From: Candidatus Gemmiger excrementigallinarum
GTDB lineage: Bacteria > Bacillota > Clostridia > Oscillospirales > Ruminococcaceae
DNA: 64,000 nucleotides
Assembly: GCA_019116445.1 (NCBI GenBank)
Contig: DXBP01000035.1
Span: 5,449 to 69,448 of the forward strand
Direction of reading: 5' to 3'
A program made the translations under genes and the position numbers. Positions 37,878-47,175 of this stretch are shown here, in pieces. Below the pieces are notes generated by a model. It had not been told where the DNA came from, searched no databases, and saw only the letters and a program-made list of their open reading frames with translations. Numbering within the stretch: position 1 is the first letter of the stretch; each line of letters opens with the position of its first letter.

Positions 37878-39706
37878 GCCGCATCACTCCCAAAAAACTG
37901 CTCATACCAAACCAGAAAGCAGTAGATGCAAAAGATCTGCCGCCAGTTATCCTGCCGGCGCCGCAAGTGCCGGTCTAACAGTATATGCAGCTGCCGTACC
38001 TGAAAGAAGCGCGCCGCCGCGGGGCTGTCGAACATTGCCCGCACCCGGGCGGCGTACACGGGGTCCCGCAGCCAGTCCCGCACCGGAACCGGGAAACCCC
38101 GTTTCTTCCGCTGGGCGCTGGGCAGGGGCAGATGCCGGGCCGCCGCCGCCCGCAGGGCTTTCTTGGTCTGGCGGGCGTCCGCCTTGGCATCAGGCGGCAG
38201 GCGCCGGGCCAGGGCAAACACCTCCCGGTCCAGAAAGGGTACCCGAAGTTCCAGGCAGTGGGCCATGCTCATCTTGTCGGCTTTGAGCAGAATGTCCCCG
38301 GCCAGCCACAGGTGCAGGTCGCACCACTGCATCCGGGTCACGGGGTCCAGTCCGGTGCTGGCCTGCCAGTAGGGCCGGGCCAGGTCAAAGGGCAGGGCGG
38401 TGCGGTAATCGTGGCGCAGCAGCCTGCGCTTCTGCCGCTCGGTAAAGAGGGCCGTGTTGCCGTAGTACCGCTCATCCAACGGCCGTGCCCGCCGTACCAG
38501 AAAATTCACCCCCGGCACCGCGGGCAACCGCTGGGCCACAGCACCCAGTATCCGCCGCAGCCCGGCGGGCAGCCGGTCGTACCAGCAGGCCGTGAAAGGC
38601 TCCTTGTAGATGTTGTACCCGGCAAAAAATTCGTCGGCCCCCTCGCCCGAAAGGCAGACTTTCACATCCTTGGCCGCTTCGCCGTTCAAAAAATACAGCG
38701 CTACCGCCGCCGCGTCGGCCAGCGGTTCGTCCATGTGGTACTGCACGGCGGGAATGGCGTCCCAGAATTCCTCCGGGGTAATGCGCCGCACCCGGCTGCG
38801 GATGCCCAATACCCGGGCCAGTTGGGCGGCTTCCTCGGCCTCGTCGTAACCGGCCTCGGCATAGCCGATGGTGTAACACCGGGCCGGGCGGGCCAGCGAC
38901 GTGATATAGGCGGAATCCACCCCGCCCGAAAGAAACCCTGCCACCTCCACGTCGGCGATTTTATGGGCGGCGACGCTGTCCTGCATGGTTTCGTCGATGG
39001 CTTGCGCCCAGTCGGTGGGGGAAAGCTCCGGTGTGAATTCCGCCTGCCACCAGCGCTCCACCCGCAGACCGCCGGCATCCAGCGTCAGGCAGTGGGCGGG
39101 CAGCAGCTTTTTCACGCCCCGGAAAAAGGTTTCCTCCCCCGGTGAATACTGAAAACTCAGATACAGTTCCAGCTGGCTCTCGTTGAGCCTTTTTTCAAAG
39201 ACCGGGTGGTCCAGGAAGGCTTTGATCTCGCTGGCAAACAGCAGCGTGCCGTCGGGGGCTTCGTAGTAATATAACGGCTTGATGCCAAAGGGGTCCCGGG
39301 CGCAGAACAGTGTTTCGGTCTGCCGGTCCCACAGGGCAAAGGCGAACATCCCCCGCAGTCGGGGCAAAAGGTCCCGGCCCCACTCCTCCCAGCCGTGGAG
39401 CAAAACCTCGGTATCGGATTTTGTGGCAAAGGTGTGCCCGGCGGCGGTCAGTTCCTCGGTCAGCGCCTGATAGTTGTAGATTTCCCCGTTGAAAACCAAT
39501 GCCAGCCGCCCGTCCTCGTTGAACATGGGCTGGGGGCCGCCATCCAGATCAATGATCGCCAGCCGCCGGTGCCCCAGAGCAGCCCGCCCCTCCACAAAAA
39601 CGCCCTGGCCGTCCGGTCCGCGGTGGGCAATGCGCGAAAGCATCCCCTGCAGCACGGCACCTGACGCTTCCCCCCGGGCGTTGATAAATCCCGCAATTCC
39701 ACACAT
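37874..39706 (-). CDS. asnB: Asparagine synthase-family amidotransferase 1 (probable peptidoglycan amidase-transferase)
   Basis: MCGIAG N-terminal nucleophile, HRGPD, LSGGVDS, SGEGADE and ELRVPFLD motifs. Confidence 0.92.
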   Translation of the reverse strand: MCGIAGFINARGEASGAVLQGMLSRIAHRGPDGQGVFVEGRAALGHRRLAIIDLDGGPQPMFNEDGRLALVFNGEIYNYQALTEELTAAGHTFATKSDTEVLLHGWEEWGRDLLPRLRGMFAFALWDRQTETLFCARDPFGIKPLYYYEAPDGTLLFASEIKAFLDHPVFEKRLNESQLELYLSFQYSPGEETFFRGVKKLLPAHCLTLDAGGLRVERWWQAEFTPELSPTDWAQAIDETMQDSVAAHKIADVEVAGFLSGGVDSAYITSLARPARCYTIGYAEAGYDEAEEAAQLARVLGIRSRVRRITPEEFWDAIPAVQYHMDEPLADAAAVALYFLNGEAAKDVKVCLSGEGADEFFAGYNIYKEPFTACWYDRLPAGLRRILGAVAQRLPAVPGVNFLVRRARPLDERYYGNTALFTERQKRRLLRHDYRTALPFDLARPYWQASTGLDPVTRMQWCDLHLWLAGDILLKADKMSMAHCLELRVPFLDREVFALARRLPPDAKADARQTKKALRAAAARHLPLPSAQRKKRGFPVPVRDWLRDPVYAARVRAMFDSPAAARFFQVRQLHILLDRHLRRRQDNWRQIFCIYCFLVWYEQFFGSDAA

Positions 39707-39757
39707 TCGGTGTCCCTCATTTCCCCTGAACTGCTTTATAGTATGCGCAAAAATGTT

Positions 39758-39778
39758 CCGGCAACCACGGGTTGCCGG
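39758..39778. promoter_or_regulatory. Palindromic operator candidate between asnB1 and the XRE gene
   Basis: Perfect CCGGCAACC-ACG-GGTTGCCGG. Confidence 0.6.
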
Positions 39779-39851
39779 TTTGGCAAGGGGGCTTGCTGGT
39801 GTTTTAGAAGGGCGTATGCTACAATGAAACCAACGAAAGGGGGCGCTGAGG

Positions 39852-41037
39852 ATGACGTTGGGTGAAAACATCCAGGCGGCGCGCAAGAATAAGGGACTCA
39901 GCCAGGAAGCGCTGGCGGAGCAGGTGGGCGTCAGCCGCCAGGCCCTGGGCAAGTGGGAGAAGGACACCGCCCTGCCGAGCCTGGATAACCTGCGGGCGCT
40001 GGCCGCTGTGCTGGACGTCAGCGTGGATGCCCTGCTGGGAACGACGCAGCCCGACGGCACCCCGGAACCCACCCTGACGCTGGACAATCTGCGGGCGCTG
40101 CTGGATGCCCGGGACATAGAAAAACAACGCCGGACCCGGCTCTGGGGCGGTGCGGCGCTGGGCGTAGCCGTGGTGCTTGTGTGTGTACTGGCGGGCGTGG
40201 CGTACCAGTACGACCGCCAGGTGCAGGCTTTGCGGCAGAGCTATGCCATGATGCAGGATAATTTTTCCGCTACCCAGAGTGAACTGTCGGCCCAGATCGA
40301 GGAACTGCAGGCGGCGGTGCGCCAGGGGGAAGCCACCGTGCTGGACTGGAACTGGCAGCCCACCGGCAGGGTGGTCCATGATCTGGACGGCTCCTGGGTG
40401 CCGGTCTGCGTGGCGGTCACCCCCCGCACCGCTACCGACGGTATGACCGGCCAGCTGGTGCTGGTATGACGGCACCACCGAACTGGTGGAGATGACCCAG
40501 GGGGCCGACGGCGTCTACCGCGTGGAAAGCGGCCTGGTTTTCTGTGTGGGAGAAACCGTGGACCTTTCGGTGCAGTGGAAAACCGCGGCCGGCACCGCCA
40601 CCAACGAAACTTTGGGCACGGTGGACTGCAGCGAGGAAACTTTCCGCCCGATGTTTCTATGGAGCGGTTCCGGTACCAGCCTCGCCTATGGGTACCGCAC
40701 CAACCAGACAGCCCAGGAACAGACGATGCTCACCCTGACCAGTTACCCGGTGGAGCTGGAGATCGACTGCCCTGCCTGGATGGAGGTACAGTCGGTGGAA
40801 GTGGACCTGCGGCTGGACGGTGCGGCCGGGGAACCGGCAGCCACCGCTGTGTTGGAATGCAGGGGCTGGAGTGAAAGCGGCGACCGCTACACGGCGGTGT
40901 GGGACGGAACCTTCTGGAGCGAAGAAACCCAGGACGGCTGGCCCTACAAGGGCGGTACGGTGGACTTTGTGGTCCGCCTGACCGATGCCAGCGGCAACGT
41001 CTGGACCAATACCCGCCCCCTATCAGAAAAAACGTAG
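39852..41037 (+). pseudogene. XRE-family HTH + TM + extracellular-domain regulator, frameshifted at about 40463
   Basis: HTH LSQEALAEQVGVSRQALGKWE and a TM helix in 39852-40469; coding continues in another frame to 41037 with no RBS of its own. Confidence 0.75.
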
Positions 41038-41111
41038 AACCTGAAAAAAACCAAAGACCCCGGCGCATAGCCAAGCCCTTTTGTCATACACTAAGACAGG
41101 GGGTGGTGGCT

Positions 41112-42311
41112 GTGGCCGGGGTCTTGCCTGTTCTGCTGGGGGGCGATGCCAATGTGTACGGCATGGCGCGCAGCTTTTACGAGGCGTACGGGATGCACAG
41201 CGTGGCGGTCTGCAAGCGGACACTGCCCGCCCTGGCCCACAGCCGCCTGGTGAAGGTGGCGGTGGAGCATCCGCGTCTTGAGGAGGATGAGGTGTTCACC
41301 GCCGTGCTCATGGCGCTGGCCAAGGCCCACCCGGACAAAACCTGCCTGCTCATCTCCTGCGCCGACGGCTACACCCTGCAGCTGGCCCGCTGCCGGGAAG
41401 CACTGGCGCCTTACTACCGGTTTGCCTGCCCGGCCCCGGCGGTGGTGCAGTCCCTGGGTACCAAGGAGGGCTTTGCCGCGGTCTGTGCGGCCCACGGGCT
41501 GCGCACGCCCAAAAGCGTTACGCTGCCCGGCGGTGCACCGCTGCCGGAACTGCCCTTCGGGTGGCCGGTCATCGTCAAGCCGGCGGATTCCCCGGCCTAC
41601 TGGAACTGCCGCTTCCCCGGCAAGCGCAAGGTCTACCTGACCCACAGCAGGGCGGAGCTGGAAAACGTGGTGGCTACCGTCGCCCAGGGTGGTTACCGGG
41701 GGGCGCTGCTGCTGCAGGAGTACATCCCCGGCCCCGACACGGCCCTGGGGGTCGTCAACGCCTACTGTGCCCGGGACGGCAGCGTGCCCTGGATCGTTCA
41801 AGGGCAGGTGCTCTTGCAGGAACGCACCCCCGAGGGCGTGGGCAACTACGGGGCCATCCTTACAGAACCGCCCCGGCAGGATGCCGCCCTTCTCACAGCG
41901 CTGGCGGAACTTTTGCGCCAAAGCGGCTGGCGGGGGTACGCCAATTTCGATTTGAAATACGACCCGCAGGGCGAACCCGTTCTGTTTGAGATGAATCCCC
42001 GCCAGGGGCGGGCGTCCTATTTTTGTACGGCGGCGGGGGCGAACCTGGCCCGTCCGCTGGTGGAGGATCTGGTGGAGCGCACAGCCATTGCGCCGCCTGT
42101 GCTGCGCCCGTCGGTGTGGTACACGGCGCCCTGGGGTGTGGTGCGGCGCTATTGCCCGGATCGGCACCTTCTGCGGCGGGCAGCTTCGCTGCGGCGCCGC
42201 GGGCGCGGGCGGTGCCAGCTGCTGGCCCTGGGGGAAGGCCCTGCCCGGCGGGTGTGGTTCTGGTTGCGGCAGGGGGCATACTGGCGCAAAGTGTATCGGC
42301 AGGGCGGGTAA
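41112..42311 (+). CDS. ATP-grasp D-aspartate ligase-like protein (Asl/YxbA family)
   Basis: PVLLGGDANVYGMARSFYE, PVIVKPA, QEYIPG, GYANFDLKYD and FEMNPRQGR motifs. The GTG start is approximate. Confidence 0.85.
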   Translation: MAGVLPVLLGGDANVYGMARSFYEAYGMHSVAVCKRTLPALAHSRLVKVAVEHPRLEEDEVFTAVLMALAKAHPDKTCLLISCADGYTLQLARCREALAPYYRFACPAPAVVQSLGTKEGFAAVCAAHGLRTPKSVTLPGGAPLPELPFGWPVIVKPADSPAYWNCRFPGKRKVYLTHSRAELENVVATVAQGGYRGALLLQEYIPGPDTALGVVNAYCARDGSVPWIVQGQVLLQERTPEGVGNYGAILTEPPRQDAALLTALAELLRQSGWRGYANFDLKYDPQGEPVLFEMNPRQGRASYFCTAAGANLARPLVEDLVERTAIAPPVLRPSVWYTAPWGVVRRYCPDRHLLRRAASLRRRGRGRCQLLALGEGPARRVWFWLRQGAYWRKVYRQGG

Positions 42312-42345
42312 AGCCCTGCTTTTGGTATGGGAAAGGAGGCCCGCC

Positions 42346-44193
42346 ATGTGCGGCATTGTCGGTTTTACCGAAGCACACCATGACCCCGCCGAAGCCCGCC
42401 GCACCGTGCAGGCCATGGCGGCGCTGATCCGGCACCGCGGCCCCGACGGTGAGGGCATCTATGCCGACGACCGGGCGGCGCTGGGCCACCGGCGGCTGTC
42501 CATCATCGACCTGGACGGCGGCGGCCAGCCCATGTTCAACGAGGACGGCAGCCTGGTGGTGGTGTTCAACGGCGAGATCTACAACTATCAGGAACTGGCA
42601 CGGCAGCTTTCGGCGGCGGGGCATACCTTTGCCACCCGTTCCGATACCGAGGTGCTGCTCCACGGCTGGGAGCAGTGGGGCAAGGCGCTGCCCGGCAAAC
42701 TGCGGGGGATGTTTGCCTTCGTGTTGTGGGACCGCAATACCGGGACTCTTTTCGGCGCCCGGGACCTCTTCGGCATCAAGCCGCTGTACTATTACCGTCG
42801 GGGAGAACTGCTGCTTTTCGCCAGCGAGATCAAGGCCTTTCTGGCCCATCCGGGGTTTGTGAAGCGCTTCAACGAGGACCGCCTGCCCGACTACCTGAGC
42901 ACCGAGTATTTGCCCGGGGACGAAACGCTGTTCACCGGTGTGTATGAGCTGCTGCCGGGGCACAGCTTCACCTGGCAGGAGGGGTGGCTCACCCGGGAGC
43001 GCTACGGCAAGATCCGCTACCGCATCCGGGAGGGGCGCAGCCTGGACGAGTGGGCCGGGCGTATCGACAAGGCCTTTACCGACAGCGTGGCCGCCCACAA
43101 GATCGCCGATGTGGAGGTGGGATGTTTTCTGTCGGGCGGGGTGGATTCCAGCCTGACGGCCTGCAAGGCAGCCCGGCAGCAAAAAAATCTGCAATGCTTT
43201 TCGGTGGGCTATGCCGAGGAAGCCTACTCCGAACTGCCCGCTGCCCGGCAGGCCGCCGAAGCCCTGGGCGTGCCCTGTACCGAAACTACCGTCAGCGCCG
43301 GGGAGTTTTTCGCCGCCAACCGGGCCATCCAGTGGTATCTCGACGAACCCATGCCCAACCCGGCGGAAGTGCCGCTGTATTTTCTCTGCAAAAGCGCCCG
43401 CCAGCGGGTGAAAGTCGTGCTCTCGGGGGAGGGAGCTGACGAACTGTTCGGCGGCTATCCCCTTTACTGCCAGGGCGTGCACATGGCCGCCTGGCAGCAC
43501 CTGCCCAAAGGCGTGCGGCGGGCCCTGGCCCGGCTGGCGCCGGGCTGCGGCTTTTTGCGGCGTGGCGCCCAGAGCCGCTGGCAGCGCTGCGCCCGGGCCA
43601 ACTATGTCTTTGCCGACCCGGCGGAACGGGACCGCTACCTCAAACGGAAGTATTCCTCCCGGACGCCGGCCCAGCGGTTCAAACCCTATTTTGACAAGGT
43701 GCGCGGCCTGGATGAAGCCACCGCCCTGCAGTGGGTGGACCTGCACACCTGGCTGCCCCGGGACATTCTGCGCAAGGCCGACCGCATGAGCATGGCCCAC
43801 AGCCTGGAACTGCGGGTGCCGTTCCTCGACCGGGCGGTCCTGGCGATAGCCATGGAACTGCCCCGGGCCGACCGCTGCACCCGCCGCAAAACCAAGGTGG
43901 CGCTGCGTGCCGCCGCGGCCCGCAGCCTGCCGCCGGAACTGGCGGGGCGCAAAAAGCGGGGCTTCCCGGTGCCGCTGGCCGATTGGCTGCGGCAGGACAC
44001 CTACTATACCATGGTGCGGGAAAAATTTGTCGGCCCGGTGGCCGAGCGCTTTTTTGATACCCGGGCACTGTGCGACCTGCTGGAAGCCCACCGCACCGGT
44101 AAGATCAACGCCATGACCAAAATCTGGAGCTTTTACTGCTTTATTGTGTGGTACGAACTCTACTTTGTGGAGGCGCTGCCGCCAAAATTTTAA
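42346..44193 (+). CDS. asnB: Asparagine synthase-family amidotransferase 2 (AsnH-like)
   Basis: MCGIVG, HRGPD, LSGGVDS and SGEGADE motifs; AGGAGG RBS. Confidence 0.92.
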   Translation: MCGIVGFTEAHHDPAEARRTVQAMAALIRHRGPDGEGIYADDRAALGHRRLSIIDLDGGGQPMFNEDGSLVVVFNGEIYNYQELARQLSAAGHTFATRSDTEVLLHGWEQWGKALPGKLRGMFAFVLWDRNTGTLFGARDLFGIKPLYYYRRGELLLFASEIKAFLAHPGFVKRFNEDRLPDYLSTEYLPGDETLFTGVYELLPGHSFTWQEGWLTRERYGKIRYRIREGRSLDEWAGRIDKAFTDSVAAHKIADVEVGCFLSGGVDSSLTACKAARQQKNLQCFSVGYAEEAYSELPAARQAAEALGVPCTETTVSAGEFFAANRAIQWYLDEPMPNPAEVPLYFLCKSARQRVKVVLSGEGADELFGGYPLYCQGVHMAAWQHLPKGVRRALARLAPGCGFLRRGAQSRWQRCARANYVFADPAERDRYLKRKYSSRTPAQRFKPYFDKVRGLDEATALQWVDLHTWLPRDILRKADRMSMAHSLELRVPFLDRAVLAIAMELPRADRCTRRKTKVALRAAAARSLPPELAGRKKRGFPVPLADWLRQDTYYTMVREKFVGPVAERFFDTRALCDLLEAHRTGKINAMTKIWSFYCFIVWYELYFVEALPPKF

Positions 44194-44222
44194 AAAAATC
44201 GCAAAAATCCTGCCGAACCCCC

Positions 44223-44251
44223 TTGACGAGCACCGCTTTGTTTGTTATAAT
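44223..44251 (+). promoter_or_regulatory. Sigma-A promoter of the tRNA operon
   Basis: TTGACG-N17-TATAAT with an extended TG. Confidence 0.85.
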
Positions 44252-44288
44252 AGCCCTCGCAGCATGCCCCTATGGGCACGAACCATGT

Positions 44289-44362
<74 letters not shown>

Positions 44363-44368
44363 TTTCGT

Positions 44369-44446
44369 GGTGCCTATGGCGCAGTTGGTTAGCGCGCCAG
44401 ATTGTGGCTCTGGAGGCCGAGAGTTCGAATCTCTCTAGGCACCCCA
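44369..44446 (+). tRNA. tRNA-His(GTG) with G-1 and encoded CCA
   Basis: Acceptor stem GTGCCTA/TAGGCAC, CCAGA-TTGTGGC-TCTGG anticodon arm, C73. Confidence 0.95.
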
Positions 44447-44489
44447 CCAAAGACCGTGTAGGCCCGTCCCGCACGGTCTTTTCTTTTTC

Positions 44490-44564
44490 TGGGCCGTCGC
44501 CAAGCGGTAAGGCAGAGGACTTTGACTCCTCCATCCGTCGGTTCAAATCCGGCCGGCCCAACCA
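44490..44564 (+). tRNA. tRNA-Gln(TTG) with encoded CCA
   Basis: Acceptor stem TGGGCCG/CGGCCCA (U1-A72), GAGGA-CTTTGAC-TCCTC anticodon arm. Confidence 0.95.
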
Positions 44565-44597
44565 AAACAGCGTTGCGCTTTGCGCAGCGCTGTTTTT
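44564..44597 (+). terminator. Terminator after tRNA-Gln
   Basis: AAAACAGCGTTGCGC-TTT-GCGCAGCGCTGTTTTT. Confidence 0.8.
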
Positions 44598-44669
44598 CTT
44601 TGTTTTAGGCAGCTTTACAAAAGTAGGACAGGGACCTTATACTGAGTATAGAAATTTCGCGGAAAGGGG

Positions 44670-45548
44670 ATGGCTTTGGTGGAAAAATGGGTCTGTTGTA
44701 TGCCAGAACGTATCCCGTCCGACGTATACGAACTGGTCACCATGCGCCGGGACCGGCGCGGGCTGACGATGGTGTTTGAAGGACTGCGCAAAATCATCAC
44801 CGTGGAGTTTGGCTTTTTGCCTCTTTCAGTACGCAGCGGCAGATTTTCTCCGCCAACATCCGGCAGGACGGAAGAACCGGCGGGGCAAGAGCGGGAAAAC
44901 CGGCTGTTGTATCAGGTGGAAAACAGCGCCGATCTACGGCGGTTCCAGGCGGAAGCTGCCGCTGCCGGGCATAAGGAGCCGCTACTTTATCTGGTGTTTC
45001 TCACGTCCAACGATTCCATCGAGGTGATCGCGTTGGGTATGCCTGCTGTCACGGTGCGGCCGCGGCAACCCGAGGCGGCGGTGCAGGAAACCTTGTCCAC
45101 GCCGCTGGGGCCGGTGGAAATTCTCGCAGACGGGCGGCCGCTGCCGTACCGTTGTACGCCGCTGCCCTTGCAGAGTCAGCGGTTTCGGGTGGACGGGCGC
45201 TGGCGGTTGGACTGCCTGTTGCCCGGTACAATCGCCCCGGTGGAGGTGCAGTGCCGTATCGCGGTTGATCCGGCACAGTCGGTAACCTGTGGGGCAGAAA
45301 CAGGCGAGGCGCTGGATTTGATGAGCTTTACATGGAACAACAACAAGCTGAGCATCGGCACAGAAGGCGACCTGCCGGGGGTGACCTGTCACTATGAAAA
45401 AACAGGAATGAGGCTTCGATTTTTGAGCGGGCCCGGCGCTGTTTCTCTGTATCTGGCTTGGCTGACCATGACGGAGCCGGAACGGGAAGAAATCTACCCT
45501 TGGTTTGCCGCTGATCCGTCCTTTGACGAAACGCGCCGCCGGAATTGA
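44670..45548 (+). CDS. Hypothetical protein, apparently two domains
   Basis: 292-aa ORF with a GGAAAGGGG RBS-like sequence; no recognised catalytic motif; start uncertain (44670 or 44700). Confidence 0.6.
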   Translation: MALVEKWVCCMPERIPSDVYELVTMRRDRRGLTMVFEGLRKIITVEFGFLPLSVRSGRFSPPTSGRTEEPAGQERENRLLYQVENSADLRRFQAEAAAAGHKEPLLYLVFLTSNDSIEVIALGMPAVTVRPRQPEAAVQETLSTPLGPVEILADGRPLPYRCTPLPLQSQRFRVDGRWRLDCLLPGTIAPVEVQCRIAVDPAQSVTCGAETGEALDLMSFTWNNNKLSIGTEGDLPGVTCHYEKTGMRLRFLSGPGAVSLYLAWLTMTEPEREEIYPWFAADPSFDETRRRN

Positions 45549-45558
45549 GCCGCCGGGC

Positions 45559-45587
45559 GCATATCCGTCCCATCTGCGGGCACACTA
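45559..45587 (+). promoter_or_regulatory. SigF/SigG-type (forespore) promoter
   Basis: GCATA-N15-GGCACACTA directly upstream of the GGAGGTG RBS of the Cys-rich gene. Confidence 0.6.
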
Positions 45588-45606
45588 GGCCCGGAGGTGT
45601 TTCAAG

Positions 45607-45918
45607 ATGGTTTATCTCGACTGTGCGCAGTACGACTGCTGCCACAATAAAGCCGGTGCCTGCTGCCTGGGCAATATCAAGGTGCACCACGCGGGGGAGC
45701 GGGATGCGGTGTGCAGCAGTTACCGCTGCAGCGAGGGCGTGGGCAACGTGGCTACCGACAATGCCCCGGCCACAGCGGAAACCGAAGTCCGCTGCGATGA
45801 CAAGGGCTGCAAGTATCTGGAAGGCCGTGCCTGCTGTGCCGACCATGTCTGCATCGACGAGTGCGGCTGCGGGCCCAGATGCACCACCCGCAAGACGGCA
45901 CGGCAAAGCCGGAAATGA
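45607..45918 (+). CDS. Cys-rich tandem-repeat protein (DUF1540-like, probably spore-associated)
   Basis: Two repeats of C-x4-C...C-x-A/L-x2-I-x-V/I...C; 103 aa. Confidence 0.75.
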   Translation: MVYLDCAQYDCCHNKAGACCLGNIKVHHAGERDAVCSSYRCSEGVGNVATDNAPATAETEVRCDDKGCKYLEGRACCADHVCIDECGCGPRCTTRKTARQSRK

Positions 45919-45923
45919 GCCGG

Positions 45924-45960
45924 ACAGGGCGTTCCCGCCAGGGGGAACGCCCTGTTTTTT
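45924..45960 (+). terminator. Intrinsic terminator
   Basis: ACAGGGCGTTCCC...GGGAACGCCCTGT followed by a T-tract. Confidence 0.88.
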
Positions 45961-45964
45961 ACGG

Positions 45965-45993
45965 TTGCGAAAGAGGCTGAATCGTTGTATAAT
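45965..45993 (+). promoter_or_regulatory. Sigma-A promoter of the glycan locus
   Basis: TTGCGA-N17-TATAAT. Confidence 0.7.
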
Positions 45994-46057
45994 AAGACGA
46001 TATAGTAGGCGGCGTGTGCCCGTCTGCCAATTTTTTGCAAAGTGAGGCGTGCTGTGT

Positions 46058-47173
46058 ATGCCCAATCCGCCGATTTCCGTGCCCTTTGTTTCTTTCCGCC
46101 CCATGGAAAAGGAACTGGACGCCGACCTGCGCGGTGCCTTTGACCGTGTGCTGCAAAACAGCTGGTACATCGAGGGCCGGGAGGACGAAGCCTTTGAAAA
46201 GGCCTTTGCCGCCTACTGCGGCGTGGAATACTGCATCGGCTGCGGCAACGGGCTGGATTCGCTGGTGCTGATCCTCAAAGCGCTGGGCATCGGTCCCGGG
46301 GACGAGGTCATCGTGCCGTCCAATACCTTCATTGCCACGGTGCTGGCCGTCAGCTACGCGGGGGCAACCCCGGTGCTGGTGGAACCCTATCTGGCTACCT
46401 ATAATATCGACCCCAACCGCATCGAAGCCGCCATCACGCCCCGCACCAAGGCCATCATGGCCGTGCATCTCTACGGTCAGTGTGCTGTGATGGACGCCAT
46501 CAACACCATTGCCAAAGCCCACGGGCTCAAGGTCATCGAGGATGCCGCCCAGGCCCATGGCGCCACCTGGCAGGGCCGCCGGTCGGGCAGCCTGGGGGAT
46601 GCCGCCGGGTTCAGCTTCTATCCCGGCAAAAACCTGGGCGCGCTGGGGGATGCGGGCTGCGTCACCACCAACGACCCCGACCTCGCCAAAAAGGTGCGGG
46701 CGCTGGGCAACTACGGCAGCGACTACAAATACCATCATATTTATAAAGGGCAGAACTCCCGCCTGGACGAACTGCAGGCGGCCTTCCTGGCGGCCAAACT
46801 GCCCCACCTGGAGCGGATGAACGCCGAGCGCCGCCGCATTGCGGCGCGCTACTGCGCCGGTATTACCAACCCGGCGGTGACGCTGCCCACGGTGGCTGAA
46901 GGCTGCGATCACGTGTACCATATTTTTGCGGTGCGCTGCCAGGCCCGGGATGCCCTGGAAGCCCACCTGAACGGGCTGGGCATCGGCACCAACAAGCACT
47001 ATCCCACGCCGATCCATCTGCAGGGGGCCTACCGGGAACTGGGACTTGGCCCCGGGGCACTGCCCATTGCCGAGGAGATCTCTGCCACCGAACTCAGCCT
47101 GCCCATGTACTACGGCATGACCGAAGAACAGGTGCAGGCCGTCATCGACGCAGTCAATTCGTTTAAGGAGTAA
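46058..47173 (+). CDS. DegT/DnrJ sugar aminotransferase (FdtB/QdtB-like)
   Basis: [23 protein letters not shown] and [10 protein letters not shown] motifs; an FdtA homologue is in the same locus. Confidence 0.92.
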   Translation: MPNPPISVPFVSFRPMEKELDADLRGAFDRVLQNSWYIEGREDEAFEKAFAAYCGVEYCIGCGNGLDSLVLILKALGIGPGDEVIVPSNTFIATVLAVSYAGATPVLVEPYLATYNIDPNRIEAAITPRTKAIMAVHLYGQCAVMDAINTIAKAHGLKVIEDAAQAHGATWQGRRSGSLGDAAGFSFYPGKNLGALGDAGCVTTNDPDLAKKVRALGNYGSDYKYHHIYKGQNSRLDELQAAFLAAKLPHLERMNAERRRIAARYCAGITNPAVTLPTVAEGCDHVYHIFAVRCQARDALEAHLNGLGIGTNKHYPTPIHLQGAYRELGLGPGALPIAEEISATELSLPMYYGMTEEQVQAVIDAVNSFKE

Positions 47174-47175
47174 CC

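Noticed and set aside
37874-44193. Lasso peptide or other RiPP cluster (AsnB-like cyclases plus ATP-grasp)
   Set aside because: Both AsnBs keep the N-terminal Cys glutaminase domain, no precursor peptide, B protein or exporter is present, and the murE/Asl context points to peptidoglycan.
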